A program made the translations under genes and the position numbers. This document shows, piece after piece, positions 1 to 11,400 of a stretch of DNA of 64,000 bases. The stretch's first letter is position 1; every line of letters begins with the position of its first letter. Location of the stretch: contig OZ176050.1 in the NCBI GenBank assembly GCA_964247055.1, positions 1,178,001 through 1,242,000 on the forward strand. Reading direction: 5' to 3'. The notes under the pieces were generated by a model, which saw only the letters and a list, made by a program, of their open reading frames with translations, made no database searches and was not told where the DNA came from. Source of the DNA: Paragordius varius (Eukaryota > Animalia > Nematomorpha).

Positions 1-36
1 ACATCAAAATATAGAGATAGTTTGACAAACTTTTTC

Positions 37-129
37 ATATCCGATTTTTACAACGATACTTTAAAAATTATGGTATTAAACCAGTCGCATCAATACTCAA
101 GTTAAACTTTGTCCTTAAAAATCGGATAT
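37..129. repeat. Perfect 14-bp inverted repeat within the monomer: ATATCCGATTTTTA (37-50) / TAAAAATCGGATAT (116-129), 65-bp spacer
   Basis: The two arms are exact reverse complements and are present in most monomers. Confidence 0.95.
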
Positions 130-132
130 TGG

Positions 133-142
133 TCACCGGTGA
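133..142. repeat. 10-bp perfect palindrome TCACCGGTGA, once per monomer
   Basis: Self reverse-complementary; lies in the most GC-rich part of the monomer. Confidence 0.95.
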
Positions 143-618
143 ACAAAATTATTTTATATACATTCTCTTAGTAAGACTACATCAAAATATAGAGATAGTT
201 TGACAAACTCTTTCATATCCGATTTTTACAACGATACTTTAAAAATTAATGTATTAAACTAGTCGCATCAATACTCAAGTTAAACTTTATCCTTAAAAAT
301 CAGATATTGGTCACCGGTGAACAAAATAATTTTTTATACATTCTCTTAGTAAGACTACATATAAAAATATAGAGATAGTTTGACAAACTCTTTCATATCC
401 GATTTTTACAACGATACTATAAAAATTAATGTATAAAACTAGGCGTATCAATAAATCGCATCAATACTCAAGTTAAACTTTGTCCTTAAAAATCGGATAT
501 TGGTCACCGGTGAACAAAATTATTTTTTATACATTCTCTTAGTAGGACTACATCAAAATATAGAGATAGTTTGGCAAACTGTTTCATATCCGATTTTTAC
601 AACGATACTTTAAAAATT

Positions 619-713
619 AATGTATAAAACTAGTCGAATCAATACTCAAGTTAAACTTTGTCCTTAAAAATCGGATATTGGTCACCGGTGAACAAAATTA
701 TTTTTTATACATT
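619..713. repeat. Second inverted repeat, 11 bp: AATGTATAAAA (619-629) / TTTTATACATT (703-713); monomer positions 70-80 / 154-164
   Basis: Exact reverse complements in monomers with the gtataaaa allele; one mismatch in gtattaaa monomers. Confidence 0.9.
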
Positions 714-1698
714 CTCTTAGTAAGACTACATCAAAATATAGAAATAGTTTGACAAACTCTTTCATATCCGATTTTTACAACGATACTATTAAAATTAATG
801 TATTAAACTATTCGCATCAATACTCAAGCTAAACATTCTCCTCAAAAATCGGATATTGGTCACCGGTGAACAAAACTATTTTTTATACATTCTCTTAGTA
901 AGACTACATCAAAATATAGAGATAGTTTGACAAACTCTTTCATATCCGATTTTTACAACGATACTTTAAAAATTATGGTATTAAACTAGTCGCATCAATA
1001 CTCAAGTTAAACTTTGTCCTTAAAAATCGGATATTGGTCACCGGTGAACAAAATTATTTTTTATACATTCTCTTAGTAAGACTACATCAAAATATAGAGA
1101 TAGTTTGACAAACTCTTTCATATCCGATTTTTACAACGATACTTTAAAAATTATGGTATTAAACTAGTCGCATCAATACTCAAGTTAAACTTTGTCCTTA
1201 AAAATCGGATATTGGTCACCGGTGAACAAAATTATTTTTTATACATTCTCTTAGCAAGACTACATCAAAATATAGAGATAGTTTGACAAACTCTTTCATA
1301 TCCGATTTTTACAACGATACTTTAAAAATTAATGTATTAAACTAGTCGCATCAATACTCAAGTTAAACTTTGTCCTTAAAAATCGGATATTGGTCACCGG
1401 TGAACAAAATTATTTTTTATACATTCTCTTAGCAAGACTACATCAAAATATAGAGATAGTTTGACAAACTCTTTCATATCCGATTTTTACAACGATACTT
1501 TAAAAATAAATGTATTAAACTAGTCGCATCAATACTCAAGGTAAACATTGTCCTTAATAATCGGATATTGGTCACCGGTGAACAAACTATTTTTTATACA
1601 TTCTCTTTAAGACTACATCAAAATATAGAGATAGTTTGACAAACTCTTTCACATCCGATTTTTACAACGATACTTTAAAAATTAATGTATAAAACTAG

Positions 1699-1724
1699 TC
1701 GTATCAATAAATCGCATCAATACT
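1699..1724 (+). repeat. Example of the 13-bp internal tandem duplication (tcgtatcaataaa + tcgcatcaatact) that defines the 190/191-bp monomer class
   Basis: Seen directly; recurs from ~450 to ~63,990 in all domains. Confidence 0.93.
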
Positions 1725-4269
1725 CAAGTTAAACTTTGTCCTTAAAAATCGGATATTGGTCACCGGTGAACAAAATTATTTTTTATACATTCTCTTAGTA
1801 GGACTACATCAAAATATAGAGATAGTTTGGCAAACTCTTTCATATCCGATTTTTACAACGATACTTTAAAAATCAATGTATAAAACTAGTCGCATCAATA
1901 CTCAAGTTAAACTTTGTCCTTAAAAATCGGATATTGGTCCCCGGTGAACAAAATTATTTTTTATACATTCTCTTAGTAGGACTACATCAAAATATAGAGA
2001 TAGTTTGGCAAACTGTTTCATAACCGATTTTTACAACGATACTTTAAAAATTAATGTATTAAACTAGTCGCATCAATACTCAAGTTAAACTTTGTCCTTA
2101 AAAATCGGATATTGGTCACCGGTAAACAAAATTATTTTTAATACATTCTCTTAGTAGGACTACATCAAAATATAGAGATAGTTTGGCAAACTCTTTCATA
2201 TCCGATTTTTACAACGATACTTTAAAAATTAATGTATAAAACTAATCGCATCAATACTCAAGTTAAACTTTGTCCTTAAAAATCGGATATTGGTCACCGG
2301 TGAACAAAATTGTTTTTTATACATTCTCTTAGCAGGACTACATCAAAATATAGAGATAGTTTGGCAAACTCTTTCATATCCGATTTTTACAACGATACTT
2401 TAAAAATTAATGTATAAAACTGGTCGCATCAATACTCAAGTTAAACTTTGTCCTTAAAAATCGGATATTGGTCCCCGGTGAACAAAATAATTTTTTATAC
2501 ATTCTCTTAGTAACACTACATCAAAATATAGAGATAGTTTGACAAACTCTTTCATATCCGATTTTTACAACGATACTTTAAAAATTAATGTATTAAACTA
2601 GTCGCATCAATACTCAAGTTAAACTTTATCCTTAAAAATCAGATATTGGTCACCGGTGAACAAAATAATTTTTTATACATTCTATTAGTAAGACTACATA
2701 TAAAAATATAGAGATAGTTTGACAAACTCTTTCATATCCGATTTTTACAACGATACTATAAAAATTAATGTATAAAACTAGGCGTATCAATAAAATGCAT
2801 CAATACTCAAGTTAAACTTTGTCCTTAAAAATCGGATATTGGTCACCGGTGAACAAAATTATTTTTTATACATTCTCTTAGCAGGACTACATAGAAATAT
2901 AGAGATAGTTTGGCAAACTCTTTCATATCCGATTTTTACAACGATACTTTATAAATTAATGTATAAAACTAGTCGCATCAATACTCAAGTTAAACTTTGT
3001 CCTTAAAAATCGAATATTGGTCACCGGTGAACAAAATTATTTTTTATACATTTTCTTAGTAAGACTACATCAAAATATAGAAATAGTTTGACAAACTCTT
3101 TCATATCCGATTTTTACAACGATACTTTAAAAATTAATGTGTTAAACTAGTCGTATCAATAAATCGCATCAATACTCAAGTTAAACTTTGTCCTTAAAAA
3201 TCGGATATTGGTCACCGGTGAACAAAATTATTTTTTTTACATTCTCTTAGCAAGACTACAGCAAAATATAGAGATAGTTTGACAAACTCTTTCATATCCG
3301 ATTTTTACAACGATACTTTAAAAATTAATGTATTAAAGTCGCATCAATACTCAAGTTAAACTTTGTCCTTAAAAATTGGATATTGGTCACCGGTGAACAA
3401 AATAATTTTTTATACATTCTCTTAGTAAGACTACAGCAAAATATAGATTTAGTTTGACAAACTCTTTCATATCCGATTTTTACAACGATACTTTAAAAAT
3501 TAATGTATTAAACTAGTCGCATCAATACTCAAGTTAAACTTTGTTCTTAAAAATCGAATATTGGTCACCGGTGAACAAAATTATTTTTTTTACATTCTCT
3601 TAGCAAGACTACATCAAAATATAGAGATAGTTTGACAAACTCTTTCATATCCGATTTTTACAACGATACTTTATAAATTAATGTATAAAACTAGTCGTAT
3701 CAATAAGTCGCATCAATACTCAAGTTAAACTTTGTCCTTAACAATCGGATATTGGTCACCGGTGAACAAAATTATTTTTTATACATTCTATTAGTAGGAC
3801 TACATCAAAATATAGAGATAGTTTGGCAAACTCTTTCATATCCGATTTTTACAACGATACTTTAAAAATTAATGTATAAAACTAGTCGCATCAATACTCA
3901 AGTTAAACTTTGTCCTTAAAAATCGAATATTGGTCACCGGTGAACAAAATTATTTTTTATATATTTTCTTAGTAAGACTACATCAAAATATAGAAATAGT
4001 TTGACAAACTCTTTCATATCCGATTTTTACAACGATACTTTAAAAATTAATGTGTTAAACTAGTCGCATCAATACTCACGTTAAACTTTGTTCTTAAAAA
4101 TCGGATATTGGTCACCGGTGAACAAAATAATTTTTTATACATTCTCTTAGTAAGACTACAGCAAAATTTAGAGATAGTTTGACAAACTCTTTCATATCCG
4201 ATTTTTACAACGATACTTTAAAAATTAATGTATAAAACTAGTCGTATCAATAAATCGCATCAATACTCA

Positions 4270-7200
4270 AGTTAAACTTTGTCCTTAAAAATCGGATATT
4301 GGTCACCGGTGAACAAAATTATTTTTTTTACATTCTCTTAGCAAGACTACATCAAAATATAGAGATAGTTTGACAAACTCTTTCATATCCGATTTTTACA
4401 ACGATACTTTAAAAATTAATGTGTTAAACTAGTCGCATCAATACTCACGTTAAACTTTGTCCTTACAAATCGGATATTGGTCACCGGTGAACAAAATAAT
4501 TTTTGATACATTCTCTTAGTAAGACTACAGCAAAATATAGAGATAGTTTGACAAACTCTTTCATATCCGATTTTTACAACGATACTTTAAAAATTAATGT
4601 ATAAAACTAGTCGTATCAATAAATCGCATCAATACTCAAGTTAAACTTTGTCCTTAAAAATCGGATATTGGTCACCGGTGAACAAAATTATTTTTTTTAC
4701 ATTCTCTTAGCAAGACTACAGCAAAATATAGAGATAGTTTGACAAACTCTTTCATATCCGATTTTTACAACGATACTTTAAAAATTAATGTATTAAAGTC
4801 GCATCAATACTCAAGTTAAACTTTGTCCTTAAAAATTGGATATTGGTCACCGGTGAACAAAATAATTTTTTATACATTCTCTTAGTAAGACTACAGCAAA
4901 ATATAGATTTAGTTTGACAAACTCTTTCATATCAGATTTTTACAACGATACTTTAAAAATTAATGTATTAAACTAGTCGCATCAATACTCAAGTTAAACT
5001 TTGTTCTTAAAAATCGAATATTGGTCACCGGTGAACAAAATTATTTTTTTTACATTCTCTTAGCAAGACTACATCAAAATATAGAGATAGTTTGACAAAC
5101 TCTTTCATATCCGATTTTTACAACGATACTTTATAAATTAATGTATAAAACTAGTCGTATCAATAAGTCGCATCAATACTCAAGTTAAACTTTGTCCTTA
5201 AAAATCGGATATTGGTCACCGGTGAACAAAATTATTTTTTATACATTCTATTAGTAGGACTACATCAAAATATAGAGATAGTTTGGCAAACTCTTTCATA
5301 TCCGATTTTTACAACGATACTTTAAAAATTAATGTATAAAACTAGTCGCATCAATACTCAAGTTAAACTTTGTCCTTAAAAATCGAATATTGGTCACCGG
5401 TGAACAAAATTATTTTTATATATTTTCTTAGTAAGACTACATCAAAATATAGAAATAGTTTGACAAACTCTTTCATATCCGATTTTTACAACGATACTTT
5501 AAAAATTAATGTGTTAAACTAGTCGCATCAATACTCACGTTAAACTTTGTTCTTAAAAATCGGATATTGGTCACCGGTGAACAAAATAATTTTTTATACA
5601 TTCTCTTAGTAAGACTACAGCAAAATATAGAGATAGTTTGACAAACTCTTTCATATCCGATTTTTACAACGATACTTTAAAAATTAATGTATAAAACTAG
5701 TCGTATCAATAAATCGCATCAATACTCAAGTTAAACTTTGTCCTTAAAAATCGGATATTGGTCACCGGTGAACAAATTTTTTTTACATTCTCTTAGCAAG
5801 ACTACATCAAAATATAGAGATAGTTTGACAAACTCTTTCATATCCGATTTTTACAACGATACTTTATAAATTAATGTATAAAACTAGTCGCAGCAATACT
5901 CAAGTTAAACTTTGTCCTTAAAAATCGAATATTGGTCACCGGTGAACAAAATTATTTTTTATACATTTTCTTAGTAAGACTACATCAAAATATAGAGATA
6001 GTTTGACAAACTCTTTCATATCCGATTTTTACAACGATACTTTAAAAATTATGGTATTAAACTAGTCGCATCAATACTCAAGTTAAACTTTGTCCTTAAA
6101 AATCGGATATTGGTCACCGGTGAACAAAATTATTTTTTTTACATTCTCTTAGCAAGACTACATCAAAATATAGAGATAGTTTGACAAACTCTTTCATATC
6201 CGATTTTTACAACGATACTTTAAAAATTAATGTGTTAAACTAGTCGCATCAATACTCACGTTAAACTTTGTCCTTACAAATCGGATATTGGTCACCGGTG
6301 AACAAAATAATTTTTTATACATTCTCTTAGTAAGACTACAGCAAAATATAGAGATAGTTTGACAAACTCTTTCATATCCGATTTTTACAACGATACTTTA
6401 AAAATTAATGTATAAAACTAGTCGTATCAATAAATCGCATCAATACTCAAGTTAAACTTTGTCCTTAAAAATCGGATATTTGTCACCGGTGAACAAAATT
6501 ATTTTTTTTACATTCTCTTAGCAAGACTACAGCAAAATATAGAGATAGTTTGACAAACTCTTTCATATCCGATTTTTACAACGATACTTTAAAAATTAAT
6601 GTATTAAAGTCGCATCAATACTCAAGTTAAACTTTGTCCTTAAAAATTGGATATTGGTCACCGGTGAACAAAATAATTTTTTATACATTCTCTTAGTAAG
6701 ACTACAGCAAAATATAGATTTAGTTTGACAAACTCTTTCATATCAGATTTTTACAACGATACTTTAAAAATTAATGTATTAAACTAGTCGCATCAATACT
6801 CAAGTTAAACTTTGTTCTTAAAAATCGAATATTGGTCACCGGTGAACAAAATTATTTTTTTTACATTCTCTTAGCAAGACTACATCAAAATATAGAGATA
6901 GTTTGACAAACTCTTTCATATCCGATTTTTACAACGATACTTTATAAATTAATGTATAAAACTAGTCGTATCAATAAGTCGCATCAATACTCAAGTTAAA
7001 CTTTGTCCTTAAAAATCGGATATTGGTCACCGGTGAACAAAATTATTTTTTATACATTCTATTAGTAGGACTACATCAAAATATAGAGATAGTTTGGCAA
7101 ACTCTTTCATATCCGATTTTTACAACGATACTTTAAAAATTAATGTATAAAACTAGTCGCATCAATACTCAAGTTAAACTTTGTCCTTAAAAATCGAATA

Positions 7201-8440
7201 TTGGTAACCGGTGAACAAAATTATTTTTTATATATTTTCTTAGTAAGACTACATCAAAATATAGAAATAGTTTGACAAACTCTTTCATATCCGATTTTTA
7301 CAACGATACTTTAAAAATTAATGTGTTAAACTAGTCGCATCAATACTCACGTTAAACTTTGTTCTTAAAAATCGGATATTGGTCACCGGTGAACAAAATA
7401 ATTTTTTATACATTCTCTTAGTAAGACTACAGCAAAATATAGAGATAGTTTGACAAACTCTTTCATATCCGATTTTTACAACGATACTTTAAAAATTAAT
7501 GTATAAAACTAGTCGTATCAATAAATCGCATCAATACTCAAGTTAAACTTTGTCCTTAAAAATCGGATATTGGTCACCGGTGAACAAATTTTTTTTACAT
7601 TCTCTTAGCAAGACTACATCAAAATATAGAGATAGTTTGACAAACTCTTTCATATCCGATTTTTACAACGATACTTTATAAATTAATGTATAAAACTAGT
7701 CGCAGCAATACTCAAGTTAAACTTTGTCCTTAAAAATCGAATATTGGTCACCGGTGAACAAAATTATTTTTTATACATTTTCTTAGTAAGACTACATCAA
7801 AATATAGAGATAGTTTGACAAACTCTTTCATATCCGATTTTTACAACGATACTTTAAAAATTATGGTATTAAACTAGTCGCATCAATACTCAAGTTAAAC
7901 TTTGTCCTTAAAAATCGGATATTGGTCACCGGTGAACAAAATTATTTTTTTTACATTCTCTTAGCAAGACTACATCAAAATATAGAGATAGTTTGACAAA
8001 CTCTTTCATATCCGATTTTTACAACGATACTTTATAAATTAATGTATAAAACTAGTCGCAGCAATACTCAAGTTAAACTTTGTCCTTACAAATCGGATAT
8101 TGGTCACCGGTGAACAAAATAATTTTTTATACATTCTCTTAGTAAGACTACAGCAAAATATAGAGATAGTTTGACAAACTCTTTCATATCCGATTTTTAC
8201 AACGATACTTTAAAAATTAATGTATAAAACTAGTCGTATCAATAAATCGCATCAATACTCAAGTTAAACTTTATCCTTAAAAATCGGATATTTGTCACCG
8301 GTGAACAAAATTATTTTTTTTACATTCTCTTAGCAAGACTACAGCAAAATATAGAGATAGTTTGACAAACTCTTTCATATCCGATTTTTACAACGATACT
8401 TTAAAAATTAATGTATTAAAGTCGCATCAATACTCAAGTT
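4270..8440 (+). repeat. 10-monomer HOR, period 1,811-1,812 bp (~2.3 copies), preceded by a related 8-mer (1,460 bp)
   Basis: The marker tattaaagtc (4-bp deletion) is at 3331, 4791, 6602, 8414; ccttacaaat at 4461 and 6272; cagcaata at 5891 and 7703. Confidence 0.9.
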
Positions 8441-11400
8441 AAACTTTGTCCTTAAAAATCGGATATTGGTCACCGGTGAACAAAATTATTTTTTATACAT
8501 TCTCTCAGCAAGACTACATCAAAATATAGAGATAGTTTGACAAACTCTTTCATATCCGATTTTTACAACGATACTTTAAAAATTAATGTATTAAACTAGT
8601 TGCATCAATACTCAAGTTAAACTTTGTCCTTAAAAATCGGATATTGGTCACCGGTGAACAAAATAATTTTTTATACATTCTCTTAGTAGGACTACATCAA
8701 AATATAGAGATAGTTTGGCAAACTCTTTCATATCCGATTTTTACAACGATACTTTAAAAATTAATGTATAAAACTAGTCGCATCAATACTCAAGTTAAAC
8801 TTTGTCCTTAAAAATCGATTGGTCACCGGTGAACAAAATTATTTTTTATACATTCTCTTAGTAAGACTACATCAAAATATAGAGATAGTTTGACAAACTC
8901 TTTCATATCCGATTTTTACAACGATACTTTAAAAATTAATGTATAAAACTAGTCGCATCAATACTCAAGTTAAACTTTGTCCTTAAAAATCGAATATTGG
9001 TCACCGGTGAACAAAATTATTTTTTATACATTCTCTTAGTAAGACTACATCAAAATATAGAGATAGTTTGACAAACTCTTTCATATCCGATTTTTACAAC
9101 GATACTTTAAAAATTAATGTATAAAACTAGTCGCATCAATACTCAAGTTAAACTTTATCCTTAAAAATTGGATATTGGTCACCGGTGAACAAAATAATTT
9201 TTTATACATTCTCTTAGTAAGACTACATCAAAATATAGAGATAGTTTGACAAACTCTTTCATATCCGATTTTTCCAACGATACTTTAAAAATTAATGTAT
9301 AAAACTAGTCGCATCAATACTCAAGTTAAACTTTGTCCTTAAAAATCGAATATTGGTCACCGGTGAACAAAATTATTTTTTATACATTCTCTTAAGACTA
9401 CATCAAAATATAGAGATAGTTTGACAAACTCTTTCATATCCGATTTTTACAACGATACTTTAAAAATTAATGTATAAAACTAGTCGCATCAATACTCTAG
9501 TTAAACTTTATCCTTAAAAATTGGATATTGGTCACCGGTGAACAAAATAATTTTTTTATACATTCTCTTAGTAAGACTACATCAAAATATAGAGATAGTT
9601 TGACAAACTCTTTCATATCCGATTTTTACAACGATACTTTAAAAAATAATGTATAAAACTAGTCGCATCAATACTCAAGTTAAACTTTATCCTTAAAAAT
9701 TGGATATTGGTCACCGGTGAACAAAATAATTTTTTATACATTCTCTTAGTAGGACTACATCAAAATATAGAGATAGTTTGACAAACTCTTTCATATCCGA
9801 TTTTTACAACGATACTTTAAAAATTAATGTATTAAACTAGTCGCATCAATACTCAAGTTAAACTTTGTCCTTAAAAATCGGATATTGGTCACCGGTGAAC
9901 AAAATTATTTTTTATGCATTCTCTTAGTAGGACTACATCAAAACATAGAGATAGTTTGGCAAACTCTTTCATATCCGATTTATACAACGATACTTTAAAA
10001 AATAATGTTTAAAACTAGTCGTATCAATAAGTCGCATCAATACTCAAGTTAAACTTTGTCCTTAAAAATCGGATATTGGTCACAGGTGAACAAAATTATT
10101 TTTTTTACATTCTCTTAGCAAGACTACAGCAAAATATAGAGATAGTTTGACAAACTCTTTCATATCCGATTTTTACAACGATACTTTAAAAATTAATGTA
10201 TTAAAGTCGCATCAATACTCAAGTTAAACTTTGTCCTTAAAAATCGGATATTGGTCACCGGTGAACAAAATTATTTTTTATACATTCTCTCAGCAAGACT
10301 ACATCAAAATATAGAGATAGTTTGACAAACTCTTTCATATCCGATTTTTACAACGATACTTTAAAAATTAATGTATTAAACTAGTCGCATCAATACTCAA
10401 GTTAAACTTTGTCCTTAAAAATCGGATATTGGTCACCGGTGAACAAAATTATTTTTTATACATTCTCTCAGCAAGACTACATCAAAATATAGAGATAGTT
10501 TGACAAACTCTTTCATATCCGATTTTTACAACGATACTTTAAAAATTAATGTATTAAACTAGTCGCATCAATACTCAAGTTAAACTTTGTCCTTAAAAAT
10601 CGGATATTGGTCACCGGTGAACAAAATTATTTTTTTTACATTCTCTTAGCAAGACTACATCAAAATATAGAGATAGTTTGACAAACTCTTTCATATCCGA
10701 TTTTTACAAGGATACTTTATAAATTAATGTATAAAACTAGTCGTATTAATAAGTCGCATCAATACTCAAGTTAAACTTTGTCCTTAAAAATCGGATATTG
10801 GTCACCGGTGAACAAAATAATTTTTTATACATTCTCTTAGTAGGACTACATCAAAATATAGAGATAGTTTGGCAAACTCTTTCATATCCGATTTTTACAA
10901 CGATACTTTAAAAATTAATGTATAAAACTAGTCGCATCAATACTCAAGTTAAACTTTGTCCTTAAAAATCGATTGGTCACCGGTGAACAAAATTATTTTT
11001 TATACATTCTCTTAGTAAGACTACATCAAAATATAGAGATAGTTTGACAAACTCTTTCATATCCGATTTTTACAACGATACTTTAAAAATTAATGTATAA
11101 AACTAGTCGCATCAATACTCTAGTTAAACTTTATCCTTAAAAATTGGATATTGGTCACCGGTGAACAAAATAATTTTTTATACATTCTCTTAGTAAGACT
11201 ACATCAAAATATAGAGATAGTTTGACAAACTCTTTCATATCCGATTTTTACAACGATACTTTAAAAATTAATGTATAAAACTAGTCGCATCAATACTCAA
11301 GTTAAACTTTGTCCTTAAAAATCGGATATTGGTCACCGGTGAACTAAATTATTTTTTATGCATTCTCTTAGTAGGACTACTTCAAAATATAGAGATAGTT

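Larger units (their letters stand above)
1..178 (+). repeat. Representative monomer. Consensus: ACATCAAAATATAGAGATAGTTTGACAAACTCTTTCATATCCGATTTTTACAACGATACTTTAAAAATTAATGTA(T/A)AAACTAGTCGCATCAATACTCAAGTTAAACTTTGTCCTTAAAAATCGGATATTGGTCACCGGTGAACAAAATTATTTTTTATACATTCTCTTAGTAAGACT (position 77 is T or A)
   Basis: Read directly and compared by eye across many copies. The consensus carries single AgeI (ACCGGT), BstEII (GGTCACC), SpeI (ACTAGT), DraI (TTTAAA) and MspI/HpaII (CCGG) sites. Confidence 0.95.
179..3000 (+). repeat. Local duplication at ~2,339-bp offset (13 monomers): ~179-660 resembles ~2,519-3,000
   Basis: A rare variant cluster (ttatcc/atcagat, acatataaaaat, gatactataaaa, taggcgtatc) appears at ~290-450 and again at ~2,630-2,790; cagatattgg is at 301 and 2640. 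Confidence 0.8.

Noticed and set aside
22-50. TTGACA as a bacterial -35 promoter element in each monomer
   Set aside because: No TATAAT-like -10 lies at 16-18 bp spacing (the sequence there is TTTTTA), no genes are present, and the context is a eukaryote-type satellite. The hexamer is part of the small interrupted palindrome agtttg-a-caaact.
1-178. Identity with Arabidopsis CEN178 or primate alpha satellite on the basis of length
   Set aside because: Only the length is similar. The consensus lacks the HindIII AAGCTT site typical of CEN178 and does not resemble either sequence as I recall them. No family name is assigned without a database search.
1-178. Monomer as a direct dimer of ~89-bp subunits (catcaaaata at 2, catcaatact at 88)
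   Set aside because: Similarity is limited to CATCAA and a nearby TAGT; the rest does not align convincingly.
4921-5020. Compensatory covariation between IR1 arms
   Set aside because: Arm variants such as atcaga (left) and cgaat, attgg, atggg (right) are not accompanied by restoring changes in the partner arm, so there is no direct evidence of selection on pairing.
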